Source of the DNA: Dehalococcoidia bacterium
GTDB lineage: Bacteria; Chloroflexota; Dehalococcoidia; Lucifugimonadales; UBA1123
Assembly: GCA_965232905.1 (NCBI GenBank)
Contig: OZ247432.1
Coordinates: 238,996 to 302,995 of the forward strand
Length of the DNA: 64,000 nt
Direction of reading: 5' to 3'
The notes beneath the pieces are model-generated. The model did no database searches. It had not been told where the DNA came from and was given only the letters and a program-made list of their open reading frames with translations. The position numbers and the translations under genes were made by a program. Shown here one piece after another: positions 14,811 to 22,321 of the stretch; position 1 is the first letter of the stretch; every line of letters begins with the position of its first letter.

Positions 14811-16213
14811 CTGTCGGGTTGCAGCCGAATGACGGCAAGGCCCATCTCGTGCTGCTCATCCTCGAACAGGTTATACCTGTCCACCAGATGGGTGTGTGAG
14901 TCCATTACCATCTTGGCCGCTGACGGCTCACACTCCATGAACTGCGTGCCAGCCGGGCCGTCGAATCTCCAATCGGGGTTGGCGTCTAATACCAGACCCC
15001 TGGGTTCAGCTAGCTCCCTGTACATGTTGGCCATAGAGTCGAAGTCAGCGTCAGACTTGTAGGGTAGGGGAGCGACAAGGAATTCCCCGGTCAGCGCCAG
15101 TCCCAGCTCGTTGTCGAACACCTGCACCAGGTCGATCTCAGGTATGAAATTCTCCATGGCGTAGCACAGGTCGAGTGCCAGTTCGTCCGGTGCTCGATGG
15201 TAGTAGAAGTTCTCAGAGTACACTCCCATCTTCACAGCGACCGGCATGGGACTCTTGTCATCCAGGATCTCGCTGATCTCATCTCCTCGGATGAACATGA
15301 AAGGAATGTTCCCGTTGGTGGCGTCAACGAGAATGTGCTCACCATCAACGACAAACTCCAGAGCCATGTGCTGCCAGAACCGCATGGCCGGTGCCGCGCC
15401 CCGGAAGTCAAATGTGTCCAGTACATGCCTGAGCTGTTCAATGGGGACTGGGCCAGGGGTATCAGGCCCGGCCAGCACGTAGTGGGATTCAAACCCGTAA
15501 TGGTCGGCCACGAACTTGAGCGCCTGTACCTTTTCCGAACAGATTGCGCCTCGTCCGTCGAAGATACTCGCGAGCGCCTCGTCGCCCGTCTTGTAGCGAA
15601 TTTTCTCTCCTGTGAAGCGCGAGTAGTTTTCGAAAGGGGCGTCCCAGATGGCACGGGCAATTGCTTCGAGGAATTTGGTCCGGGAACCGAAGTCGCTGAG
15701 CGCCAGGACCTCGTCGCCTCTATTCGTCCATGACTGCTCTACGGACATCTCGACGAAGGAGGTGAAGACCGAAGCCGAACGCTCCCACCTCCTTCGATTG
15801 AAACCCTGCCAGTTGCGGTTGTAGCCCGTCTCGCTGCGGTCAATCGTGATGTCGATCAGGTTGACGTCATTACCGCGTACCGTGGCCTCGGTGCGCGCAG
15901 GAACGTCTTGGGGAGCCACCTCACGTACACCCGACCGGAAGACCGTCCCCGGCGCCAGCGAAATCAGCGTCCCCCGGCTGTCAATGATGTGGGATACGTC
16001 CTGGATGCTCAAGAGGGTTTGAACGGAGCCGGGAAGAATCCTGCCGGAGTCGATAAGCAGCCGTACATCAGCGTCGGTAAGGTACGTTGAGACCAGTCGA
16101 GCTACGGAGCAGTCGATATCTGAGTTGGCAATGCGCAATGTGCAAGATCGTCCGGTCAGGTAGTCGTTCCACCTGAGCAGTGTGGGTAGGCTGTCACGCG
16201 ATTCAGACGGCAC
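14807..16213 (-). CDS. transglutaminase-fold (Cys-His-Asp) protein; first gene of the operon
   Basis: ORF track 468 aa, GTG start with AGGAAG 13 nt upstream. GRGAICSEKVQALKFVADHYGF ... WQHMALEFVVDGEHILVDATNG reproduces the G.C / H.(a/w).E / D.T.G spacing of transglutaminase-like cysteine proteinase-fold enzymes. No signal peptide seen. Confidence 0.55.
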   Translation of the reverse strand: MPSESRDSLPTLLRWNDYLTGRSCTLRIANSDIDCSVARLVSTYLTDADVRLLIDSGRILPGSVQTLLSIQDVSHIIDSRGTLISLAPGTVFRSGVREVAPQDVPARTEATVRGNDVNLIDITIDRSETGYNRNWQGFNRRRWERSASVFTSFVEMSVEQSWTNRGDEVLALSDFGSRTKFLEAIARAIWDAPFENYSRFTGEKIRYKTGDEALASIFDGRGAICSEKVQALKFVADHYGFESHYVLAGPDTPGPVPIEQLRHVLDTFDFRGAAPAMRFWQHMALEFVVDGEHILVDATNGNIPFMFIRGDEISEILDDKSPMPVAVKMGVYSENFYYHRAPDELALDLCYAMENFIPEIDLVQVFDNELGLALTGEFLVAPLPYKSDADFDSMANMYRELAEPRGLVLDANPDWRFDGPAGTQFMECEPSAAKMVMDSHTHLVDRYNLFEDEQHEMGLAVIRLQPDR

Positions 16214-16341
16214 GGCTGTGAGTCACTTCCTGAGTACTGGACGACTTACACCGATGATATCGAGCCGCATTCATGCATTCAAGGATGTCGAGGGCTATCG
16301 GCTCGCATGGCGAGCCTCCCTTTTTCCGCTATAATCCTGCT

Positions 16342-17034
16342 ATGCAATCCGAGACAAAATTCCTGAGCTTCAGGCGAGCCGTTACGGCGTCCGTTGCACT
16401 GACACTGATTTTCGCGGTGGTGTCCTGCGGCCAGACAGGCGCCGCCCCTCTTCCTGCTGACACACCAACCGCAGTTCCCCATCCGCCAACGGCCACTCCT
16501 GAGCCGACTCCGGCTCCGCCAACCCCGACGCCCAGGCCCACGGCTGTCCCACAGCCCACCGTCACGGCCACTCCGGCCCCGACTCCAAGGGTCATCAGGC
16601 CTCGTGCCCAGACCGAGTTGAGGCCGGCTCCGGGCTTTGAGTTGGAGACCTTCGATGGTGAGACGCTTAGCCTTTCCGACCTGGAGGGCAAGGTAGTTGT
16701 TCTGAACTTCTGGGCATCCTGGTGCCCGCCATGCCGGTGGGAGATGCCTTTCTTCGAGACCATGTGGAACGAGTACCGAGACAGGGATGTGGTGTTCGTT
16801 GGCGTAGCGATGTCAGATACCTTGGAAGAGGCACAGGGATTCGCGAAGGAGTCCGGTGTCACGTATCCGATTGGACTCGACCAGACCGGAGAAATCGTCC
16901 GCGACTACGAAGTCTTTTCACTTCCGACGACGTTCTTCATAGACAAGGAAGGGCAGATCCAGCGGCGACTGACCAGCGCGGCTAACGAGGCCCTTCTCAA
17001 GATCTTCTTGAGAGGACAGCTCCCCAGGGAATAG
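16342..17034 (+). CDS. TlpA/ResA-type thiol-disulfide oxidoreductase lipoprotein (redoxin)
   Basis: Frame of ORF 16273-17034. ATG 16342 gives a clean lipoprotein signal (MQSETKFLSFRRAVTASVALTLIFAVVSC). A Pro/Thr-rich linker follows, then the thioredoxin fold with WASWCPPC. Confidence 0.8.
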   Translation: MQSETKFLSFRRAVTASVALTLIFAVVSCGQTGAAPLPADTPTAVPHPPTATPEPTPAPPTPTPRPTAVPQPTVTATPAPTPRVIRPRAQTELRPAPGFELETFDGETLSLSDLEGKVVVLNFWASWCPPCRWEMPFFETMWNEYRDRDVVFVGVAMSDTLEEAQGFAKESGVTYPIGLDQTGEIVRDYEVFSLPTTFFIDKEGQIQRRLTSAANEALLKIFLRGQLPRE

Positions 17035-17125
17035 GGTTCAGAGACTCTGTGGAGCCTGGAATCCGACCCACCAATCTGCACGTTCTATCTGAAAGAGGTA
17101 ATGCATTCTCGGTCGCCTGCTCAAA

Positions 17126-17155
17126 TTGACACCAATTTCAGCGTGTCACTATAAT
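17126..17155 (+). promoter_or_regulatory. consensus sigma70 promoter of the rpmH operon
   Basis: TTGACA (17126-17131), 18-nt spacer, TATAAT (17150-17155), 26 nt upstream of the rpmH ATG. Confidence 0.65.
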
Positions 17156-17180
17156 TTGATGAATTCAAGGTTGCAAAAAT

Positions 17181-17321
17181 ATGCCAAAACGAACGTATCA
17201 ACCTCGCAATAGACGCCGGGCAAGAGTGCACGGATTTCGGTCCAGGATGCGCACCAAGTCCGGCCGCAACGTCCTCAAGCGGAGGATGTTCAAGGGCCGC
17301 CATAAGCTGACGGTGGCATAG
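17181..17321 (+). CDS. rpmH: 50S ribosomal protein L34
   Basis: Not in the ORF track (46 aa). [46 protein letters not shown], unmistakable L34; TAG at 17319-17321. Confidence 0.92.
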   Translation: MPKRTYQPRNRRRARVHGFRSRMRTKSGRNVLKRRMFKGRHKLTVA

Positions 17322-17400
17322 GGCTCATTTCTATGCCAACCCTGCTTGAACCCCCTCCGTCCGCCTGTATGTCAGCACTCTGCCGTTCCTGTATGAGTGC

Positions 17401-17748
17401 GTGGCACTGAAGCGGGCCAATAGGCTGAGGAAGACTTCAGACTTCGCGGCTGTGAGGAGGGGAGGCAGGAGTTGGGCGGATTCCATGCTTGTCCTCAACG
17501 CTCGTCGTAATGACAGTCAAACGTCTCGATTCGGATTTGCCGTGAGCAAGCGATTGGGAAATGCCGTACAGCGCAACCGAATCAGGCGTCGTCTCAAGGC
17601 TGCAGTTGGCTCGGCAGACGTGAAGTGCGGCTGGGACGTGGTACTGGTTGCCAGACAGCGCGCACGGCACGCTGGATTTCATTCCCTTCAAGGGTCTATC
17701 GACCGGCTGCTGTTGCGGGCAGACCTGACTGGGCGGCCATGCAAGTGA
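17401..17748 (+). CDS. rnpA: ribonuclease P protein component
   Basis: ORF track 115 aa (GTG start). Basic, with [15 protein letters not shown]...[23 protein letters not shown]. In the canonical position after rpmH. Confidence 0.85.
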   Translation: MALKRANRLRKTSDFAAVRRGGRSWADSMLVLNARRNDSQTSRFGFAVSKRLGNAVQRNRIRRRLKAAVGSADVKCGWDVVLVARQRARHAGFHSLQGSIDRLLLRADLTGRPCK

Positions 17749-17957
17749 TCAGGAAGTCCGCTCTTCGGGCAATCAGAATCTACCAGTCCGCGGTATCCCC
17801 CTATCTGCCCCCGGTCTGCAGGCATCTGCCAACCTGTTCGGACTATGCCCACGAAGCGATTAGCAGGTACGGCCTTCCTAGAGGCTCATGGCTAACAGCC
17901 AAGAGACTGGGACGGTGCCGCCCCCTGGGAACCAGAGGATACGATCCAGTGCCGTGA
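17739..17957 (+). CDS. yidD: membrane protein insertion efficiency factor YidD
   Basis: Frame of ORF 17625-17957. ATG 17739 overlaps the rnpA stop. [59 protein letters not shown] is the YidD signature. Confidence 0.85.
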   Translation: MQVIRKSALRAIRIYQSAVSPYLPPVCRHLPTCSDYAHEAISRYGLPRGSWLTAKRLGRCRPLGTRGYDPVP

Positions 17958-17997
17958 TCGTGACAAGGACTCAGGTCCGGAAAGCGCTCAGAACGGC

Positions 17998-19182
17998 ATG
18001 TTTGCCATGACTTCAACCCACTTCTTCCACAGCAGACTCACCCTGACCAGGCCACTGGCTGCCGGGCTCGTCTTAATTGCTATGTGCATCCTGTTAATTG
18101 GGTGTTCCCGGATTGGCACGCCACAGGGATGGTCGTCAGGGAGCGTTTCTGGGGAGAACCTGTTCATAGGCACGATGGAGGGCGAGCTCCTGGCAGTACA
18201 CAAGGAGAACGGAGACCTCTCCTGGAGACGCCAGATCCCCACTGCTGAGGATTCCGACCGTGCCATATATGGAAAGCCTGCGGTTACGGACAGCGCGGTC
18301 TTCGTAGGCGGCTACGATGGAATTCTCTATGCCTATGACCGGCAGGGTGACCTGCTCTGGCAAGAGCCGCTTCCCGGCCAGATAGTCGGCGGCCCAACTG
18401 TGCATGGCGACCGAATCCTGATCGGCACCGGCACCGTATCTTCATCAGATGGGTCCGGCGGCGCTCTGCACGCAATTGACATTGAGTCCAACGATCCCGT
18501 GTGGACGTACTTTACCGATGGCCCTGTCTGGTCGACGCCCACCGTCGACAATGGAGTTGTTCTGGTGGGTGCGCTTGATCATAGCGTGTATGCGGTAAAT
18601 ATCGACGATGGCTCTGAGAAGTGGAGATTCAAGTCTGGAGGAGCGGTCACGTCGGGCATTGCCGTCGCTGATGGTCGTGTTGTGTTTGGCAGCTTCGACA
18701 GCACCCTGTACGCCTTGGATGTCGAAACGGGCAACCTGGTGTGGCGGTTCGATGGAGCGTCCAGTTGGTACTGGTCAGCTCCTCTGATCGTTGACGATAT
18801 CGTGTATGCACCCTCTCTGGACGGCGCGCTCTACGCGATAGAACTGGGCACCGGAGACCTGACCTGGGTTTTCGATACTGAGGGGGGCCAGCTTGTCGGT
18901 AGTCCTGCGACCATAAACGAACTACTGGCGGTGCCGGTTGCCGATGGCGGCGACTCTCGAATAACGCTTCTTGAAACTAACGGAAGCCTGCTTGCCGCCT
19001 GCAGAATAGGTGATGACGTTCGTACCTCGTTAGAGGTCGATGGCGACCTGATATACTTCGCAGCTAAGGACAGCACGATCAGAGCGCTTCGCATCAAGGG
19101 AAATGGCAATCCCGATGAAGAGTGGGTCTTCGTTACCAACGAAGATGACCCCCATCCCAGTGATCGACCAAAGGCCTGCTAG
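17998..19182 (+). CDS. PQQ-like (BamB-type) beta-propeller repeat lipoprotein
   Basis: ORF track 394 aa. Signal and lipobox LLIGCS. Repeated (A/P)...D..V(Y/F)(V/A)G..DG.LYA(L/I/Y)D...G...W modules typical of PQQ-like propellers. Confidence 0.7.
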   Translation: MFAMTSTHFFHSRLTLTRPLAAGLVLIAMCILLIGCSRIGTPQGWSSGSVSGENLFIGTMEGELLAVHKENGDLSWRRQIPTAEDSDRAIYGKPAVTDSAVFVGGYDGILYAYDRQGDLLWQEPLPGQIVGGPTVHGDRILIGTGTVSSSDGSGGALHAIDIESNDPVWTYFTDGPVWSTPTVDNGVVLVGALDHSVYAVNIDDGSEKWRFKSGGAVTSGIAVADGRVVFGSFDSTLYALDVETGNLVWRFDGASSWYWSAPLIVDDIVYAPSLDGALYAIELGTGDLTWVFDTEGGQLVGSPATINELLAVPVADGGDSRITLLETNGSLLAACRIGDDVRTSLEVDGDLIYFAAKDSTIRALRIKGNGNPDEEWVFVTNEDDPHPSDRPKAC

Positions 19183-19195
19183 TTAGGGGCAACGT

Positions 19196-20128
19196 TTGGA
19201 CTTTTCCTTTTTCCTAGACACTTGGAACCTCGTGATCATCCAGCCGATGATCAATGCGTTGGTCATGCTCTACTATTACCTGCTGGCTGACTTTGGCATT
19301 GCGATTATTGCCTTCACTCTGCTGGTTAGGGTCATAATGATCCCACTCACGGTAAAGCAGAGCCGCCAGATTAAGGCGATGAGCGCTCTCCAGCCGATGA
19401 TGAAGGAGATCCAGGAAAAGCACAAAGGCGATAGGCAGCGCGCGTCACAGGAGACGATGAAGCTCTACCGCGAACAGGGTGTCAACCCTCTCGGCTGTCT
19501 GGGCCCGATGTTCATCCAGTTCCCGATATGGATCGGGCTGTACCAGTCGATAATTCAGACTGTTCCATCCAACCCTGAGAGTCTTGTCGGCCTGTCGCGA
19601 CACCTGTACGACTGGCTGCCACAGGTAAACGGCGTCATACCCATCGACAGCAATTTCCTGTGGATGGATCTTGCACGGCCGGACCCGACACCATTGGTCA
19701 TGCCAATCCTTGTCGGTGCGTCCATGTGGGTCATGCAGAAGATGACCACCATGCCTACTGCCGACGAGAGACAGGCTTCCACTAACAGAATGATGCTGTG
19801 GATGATGCCGGCAATGTTCGGCTTCTTCACTCTTAACTTCCCCAGCGGTCTGGCGCTCTACTGGGTCGTGTCAAACGTAGTAGGCCTGGTGATTCAGGGC
19901 TTCGTGACCGGCTGGGACCCCATAATAAACCTGTTCAAGTTCGGGCGCGGCCAGTCCGACGAGTCCGCTGCTGTTGCGGCGCAGTCGGCCCCCGCCCTAG
20001 TTCCACCTGTTGAGGAGACAACCGATGCGGGAGATAGAGATCTCAGCCAGAACGGTAGAAGAAGCAATAGAAATCGCTCTAAAGGAACTAGACGAAGATC
20101 GCAGCGACGTAGAGGTAGACGTCGTTAG
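19196..20128 (+). CDS. yidC: membrane protein insertase YidC (short, Oxa1-like form) with a basic C-terminal tail
   Basis: ORF track 310 aa (TTG start). LLVRVIMIPLTVKQSRQIKAM..LQP.MKEIQEKHKGD..R..QETMKLYREQGVNPLGCL and PSGLALYWVVSNVVGLVIQ match YidC. The tail is RRSNRNRSKGTRRRSQRRRGRRR. Confidence 0.85.
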   Translation: MDFSFFLDTWNLVIIQPMINALVMLYYYLLADFGIAIIAFTLLVRVIMIPLTVKQSRQIKAMSALQPMMKEIQEKHKGDRQRASQETMKLYREQGVNPLGCLGPMFIQFPIWIGLYQSIIQTVPSNPESLVGLSRHLYDWLPQVNGVIPIDSNFLWMDLARPDPTPLVMPILVGASMWVMQKMTTMPTADERQASTNRMMLWMMPAMFGFFTLNFPSGLALYWVVSNVVGLVIQGFVTGWDPIINLFKFGRGQSDESAAVAAQSAPALVPPVEETTDAGDRDLSQNGRRSNRNRSKGTRRRSQRRRGRRR

Positions 20129-20660
20129 TCGGGGGAAGTCGGGAATCCTGGGAATTGGCTCAGAACCCGCCGTAGTCAGAGTATCCGCAATTGAGTCCGC
20201 TCCGGACAGCGTTACGGTCGCCTCAGATGTGATTCAAACTCTCATAGACCATCTGGACGCCGACGTTATGTTAACGCTCAAGCAGGTCCACAACGATGAC
20301 CTGGACGGCCCGATATTCGAGATAGAAGGCGATGATGCGGGTCTGCTAATCGGACGCAAGGGCGAGACGCTAAAGACGCTCCAGTTCCTCGTCAGATACG
20401 TCGTCAGCCATAAGCTGGACGAACGAGTCAATCTGATGATCGACGTCGAAGGCTATCAGCAGCGTAGGCATCAGTCCCTGGAAAACATGGCACGCCGCGT
20501 AGCCCGTCGTGTATCCGACACAGGCCGCTCGATTACGCTTGAGCCCATGCCCGCAAATGAGCGCAGGATAGTTCATCTTGCTCTGTCTGATGACCCGGGG
20601 GTGACTACCGAGAGTTCCGGCTTCGGCGAATCGCGGCAGGTCACGATCGAGCCAAGTTAA
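20025..20660 (+). CDS. jag: Jag/KhpB-type RNA-binding protein (Jag_N, KH, R3H)
   Basis: Frame of ORF 20010-20660. ATG 20025 gives MREIEISARTVEEAIEIALKELD (Jag_N start). KH-like LIGRKGETLKTLQFL. R3H-like LEPMPANERRIVHLAL. Confidence 0.8.
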   Translation: MREIEISARTVEEAIEIALKELDEDRSDVEVDVVSRGKSGILGIGSEPAVVRVSAIESAPDSVTVASDVIQTLIDHLDADVMLTLKQVHNDDLDGPIFEIEGDDAGLLIGRKGETLKTLQFLVRYVVSHKLDERVNLMIDVEGYQQRRHQSLENMARRVARRVSDTGRSITLEPMPANERRIVHLALSDDPGVTTESSGFGESRQVTIEPS

Positions 20661-20679
20661 GCCCTCGCCGGAGGAGTCA

Positions 20680-21441
20680 ATGTCGGCCTCTCTAGAAGTC
20701 GCGGGAAATGTCGCCGCAATTACACTTACCAAGCCGGAAGTCGGCAACCGAATTGACTTCGAGTTCGCGTATGTCCTTGGCGATCTCGCGACAGAAGTTA
20801 GGCAGCGTGACGAAGTCTGGGTTGTGGTACTGAATGCCGAAGGCCTGGATTTTTGCCTGGGTACTGACCCTGAATCTCTTTCCGAAGCGGCTCTGGATGA
20901 CAGTCGACTCGCCGACCTGAGAGTGGCGCAGTCGATCGCTGCGATAGAGAAGCCTGTGGTGTGCTCCATACATGGCCGTGCAAGTGACCAGGGATTCGAG
21001 TTGATCCTTGCCTGCGACCTGCGAATCGCAGACTCTGAAGCGACGTTTTGCATGAGCCAGGCACCCGCAGGAAGTATGCCCTGGGACGGCGGAACACAGC
21101 GTCTGCCCCGCGTGGTGGGTAGGTCCCCGGCCGTAGAACTTCTCATGACTGGCAGGTCCCTGGAGGCCAACGAAGCTAAAGCGATTGGCCTGTTGAATGA
21201 AGTCGTTGAACCAGGAGATGCTACGCGACGGGCGTTCGAACTCGCTGAGACCTTGGCTTCGCATGGACCAACAGCACTCCGTTACGTCAAGGAAGCTGTG
21301 CTCGCCGGATCCGACGGTTCTCTTACTTCAGGATTGAGGCTGGAAGCCGACCTCAGCTTCCTTCTCCAGTCCACCAGCGACAGGCACGAGGGCATCTCGT
21401 CATTCCTGGAGCGTCGAACACCAGACTACAGCGGCGAGTAG
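20680..21441 (+). CDS. enoyl-CoA hydratase/isomerase (crotonase) family protein
   Basis: ORF track 253 aa. GGAGGAG RBS. Crotonase fold pattern (ITLTKPEVGNRI..., IEKPVVCSIHGRASDQGFELILACDLRIA, EGISSFLERRTP). Confidence 0.8.
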   Translation: MSASLEVAGNVAAITLTKPEVGNRIDFEFAYVLGDLATEVRQRDEVWVVVLNAEGLDFCLGTDPESLSEAALDDSRLADLRVAQSIAAIEKPVVCSIHGRASDQGFELILACDLRIADSEATFCMSQAPAGSMPWDGGTQRLPRVVGRSPAVELLMTGRSLEANEAKAIGLLNEVVEPGDATRRAFELAETLASHGPTALRYVKEAVLAGSDGSLTSGLRLEADLSFLLQSTSDRHEGISSFLERRTPDYSGE

Positions 21442-21453
21442 CAGAATCCTGCC

Positions 21454-22191
21454 ATGAGTGATGAATCCACAGTTTTGATTGCCAAGTCTGGCGCTGTGGC
21501 TACCGTTACGCTGAATCGTCCCACTGTCATAAACGCGTTCAACGTACAGATGCGAGACGAGCTCTATTCGGCCCTTGAAGCTGTACGGGACGATCCCGAA
21601 GTGAAGGCCGTTCTGATCTCAGGAGCAGGGGACCGAGGCTTCTGTGCTGGCGCCGACCTGACTGAATTTGAGACCGCGCCGTCCCAGACCGTTGCCCGCC
21701 AGGTGCGGTGGGAGCGGGACCTCTGGGGCCTCTTCCTTTCGATACCCAAGCCACTTGTGGCCGCGCTTCACGGCTATGTCATCGGCTCTGGAGTCGAGAT
21801 CGCCTGCCTGTGCGACATTCGCATTGCGGCAGACAACGCGGTATTCAGGATGCCTGAAGCGGCCCTGGGGATGGTCCCCGCTGCCGGCGGAAGCCAGACG
21901 CTGCCTCGCACAGTCGGCGTGATCCCGGCCATGAGTATGCTCCTTGCAAATGCGGTCATCTCGGTTCAGGATTCTCTGGAAAATGGGCTTGTCCACAGGA
22001 TTGTCTCACGTGAGTCGCTCCATGAGGTGGCGTTTGCTCTCGCGGACGAACTGGCAAACACTCCGGAGGCTTCAGTCGCCGCAGTCAAGCGGGCTGTGAT
22101 GGAGGGCATGGATTTCAACTTGGAACGCGGCCTGGAGTTGGAGTTGCGTTTAGCCAGGTCTCTCATGAGGCGGCAATCGGCCGGTAAGTAG
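21454..22191 (+). CDS. enoyl-CoA hydratase/isomerase (crotonase) family protein
   Basis: ORF track 245 aa. TLNRPTVINAF, GAGDRGFCAGADL, PKPLVAALHGYVIGSGVEIACLCDIRIA. Confidence 0.8.
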   Translation: MSDESTVLIAKSGAVATVTLNRPTVINAFNVQMRDELYSALEAVRDDPEVKAVLISGAGDRGFCAGADLTEFETAPSQTVARQVRWERDLWGLFLSIPKPLVAALHGYVIGSGVEIACLCDIRIAADNAVFRMPEAALGMVPAAGGSQTLPRTVGVIPAMSMLLANAVISVQDSLENGLVHRIVSRESLHEVAFALADELANTPEASVAAVKRAVMEGMDFNLERGLELELRLARSLMRRQSAGK

Positions 22192-22321
22192 AATTAGCTA
22201 CACAATGGTGGTAATCTTTAGTGCGGCTTTTTAGGAGCCGCATTACTTTGAGTAAGAATGTGGGCAGCTCGGAACTCGTTCAGTTGCCGGCTGGATTCGT
22301 GACAAGGGGAATTGGACCACA

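Noticed and set aside
16300-16316. GGCTCGC-ATG-GCGAGCC followed by a T-run, as a + strand terminator
   Set aside because: No + strand gene ends upstream of it and the loop is only 3 nt. It is reported only as context in the leaderless-mRNA finding.
17035-17180. Chromosomal origin (oriC), often located near rpmH/rnpA
   Set aside because: There is no dnaA or dnaN gene in the window, and I found no cluster of TTATCCACA-like boxes or AT-rich unwinding element. Only a promoter is present.
20370-21170. 266-aa minus-strand ORF (also 20692-21264, 190 aa)
   Set aside because: It is antisense to jag and the first crotonase gene, both of which have clear family motifs and RBS.
22222-22242. Hairpin TGCGGCT-TTTTAGG-AGCCGCA after the second crotonase gene
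   Set aside because: The stem is only 6-7 bp and the downstream T-run is poor (ATTACTTTG). It may terminate weakly but is not supportable as a feature.
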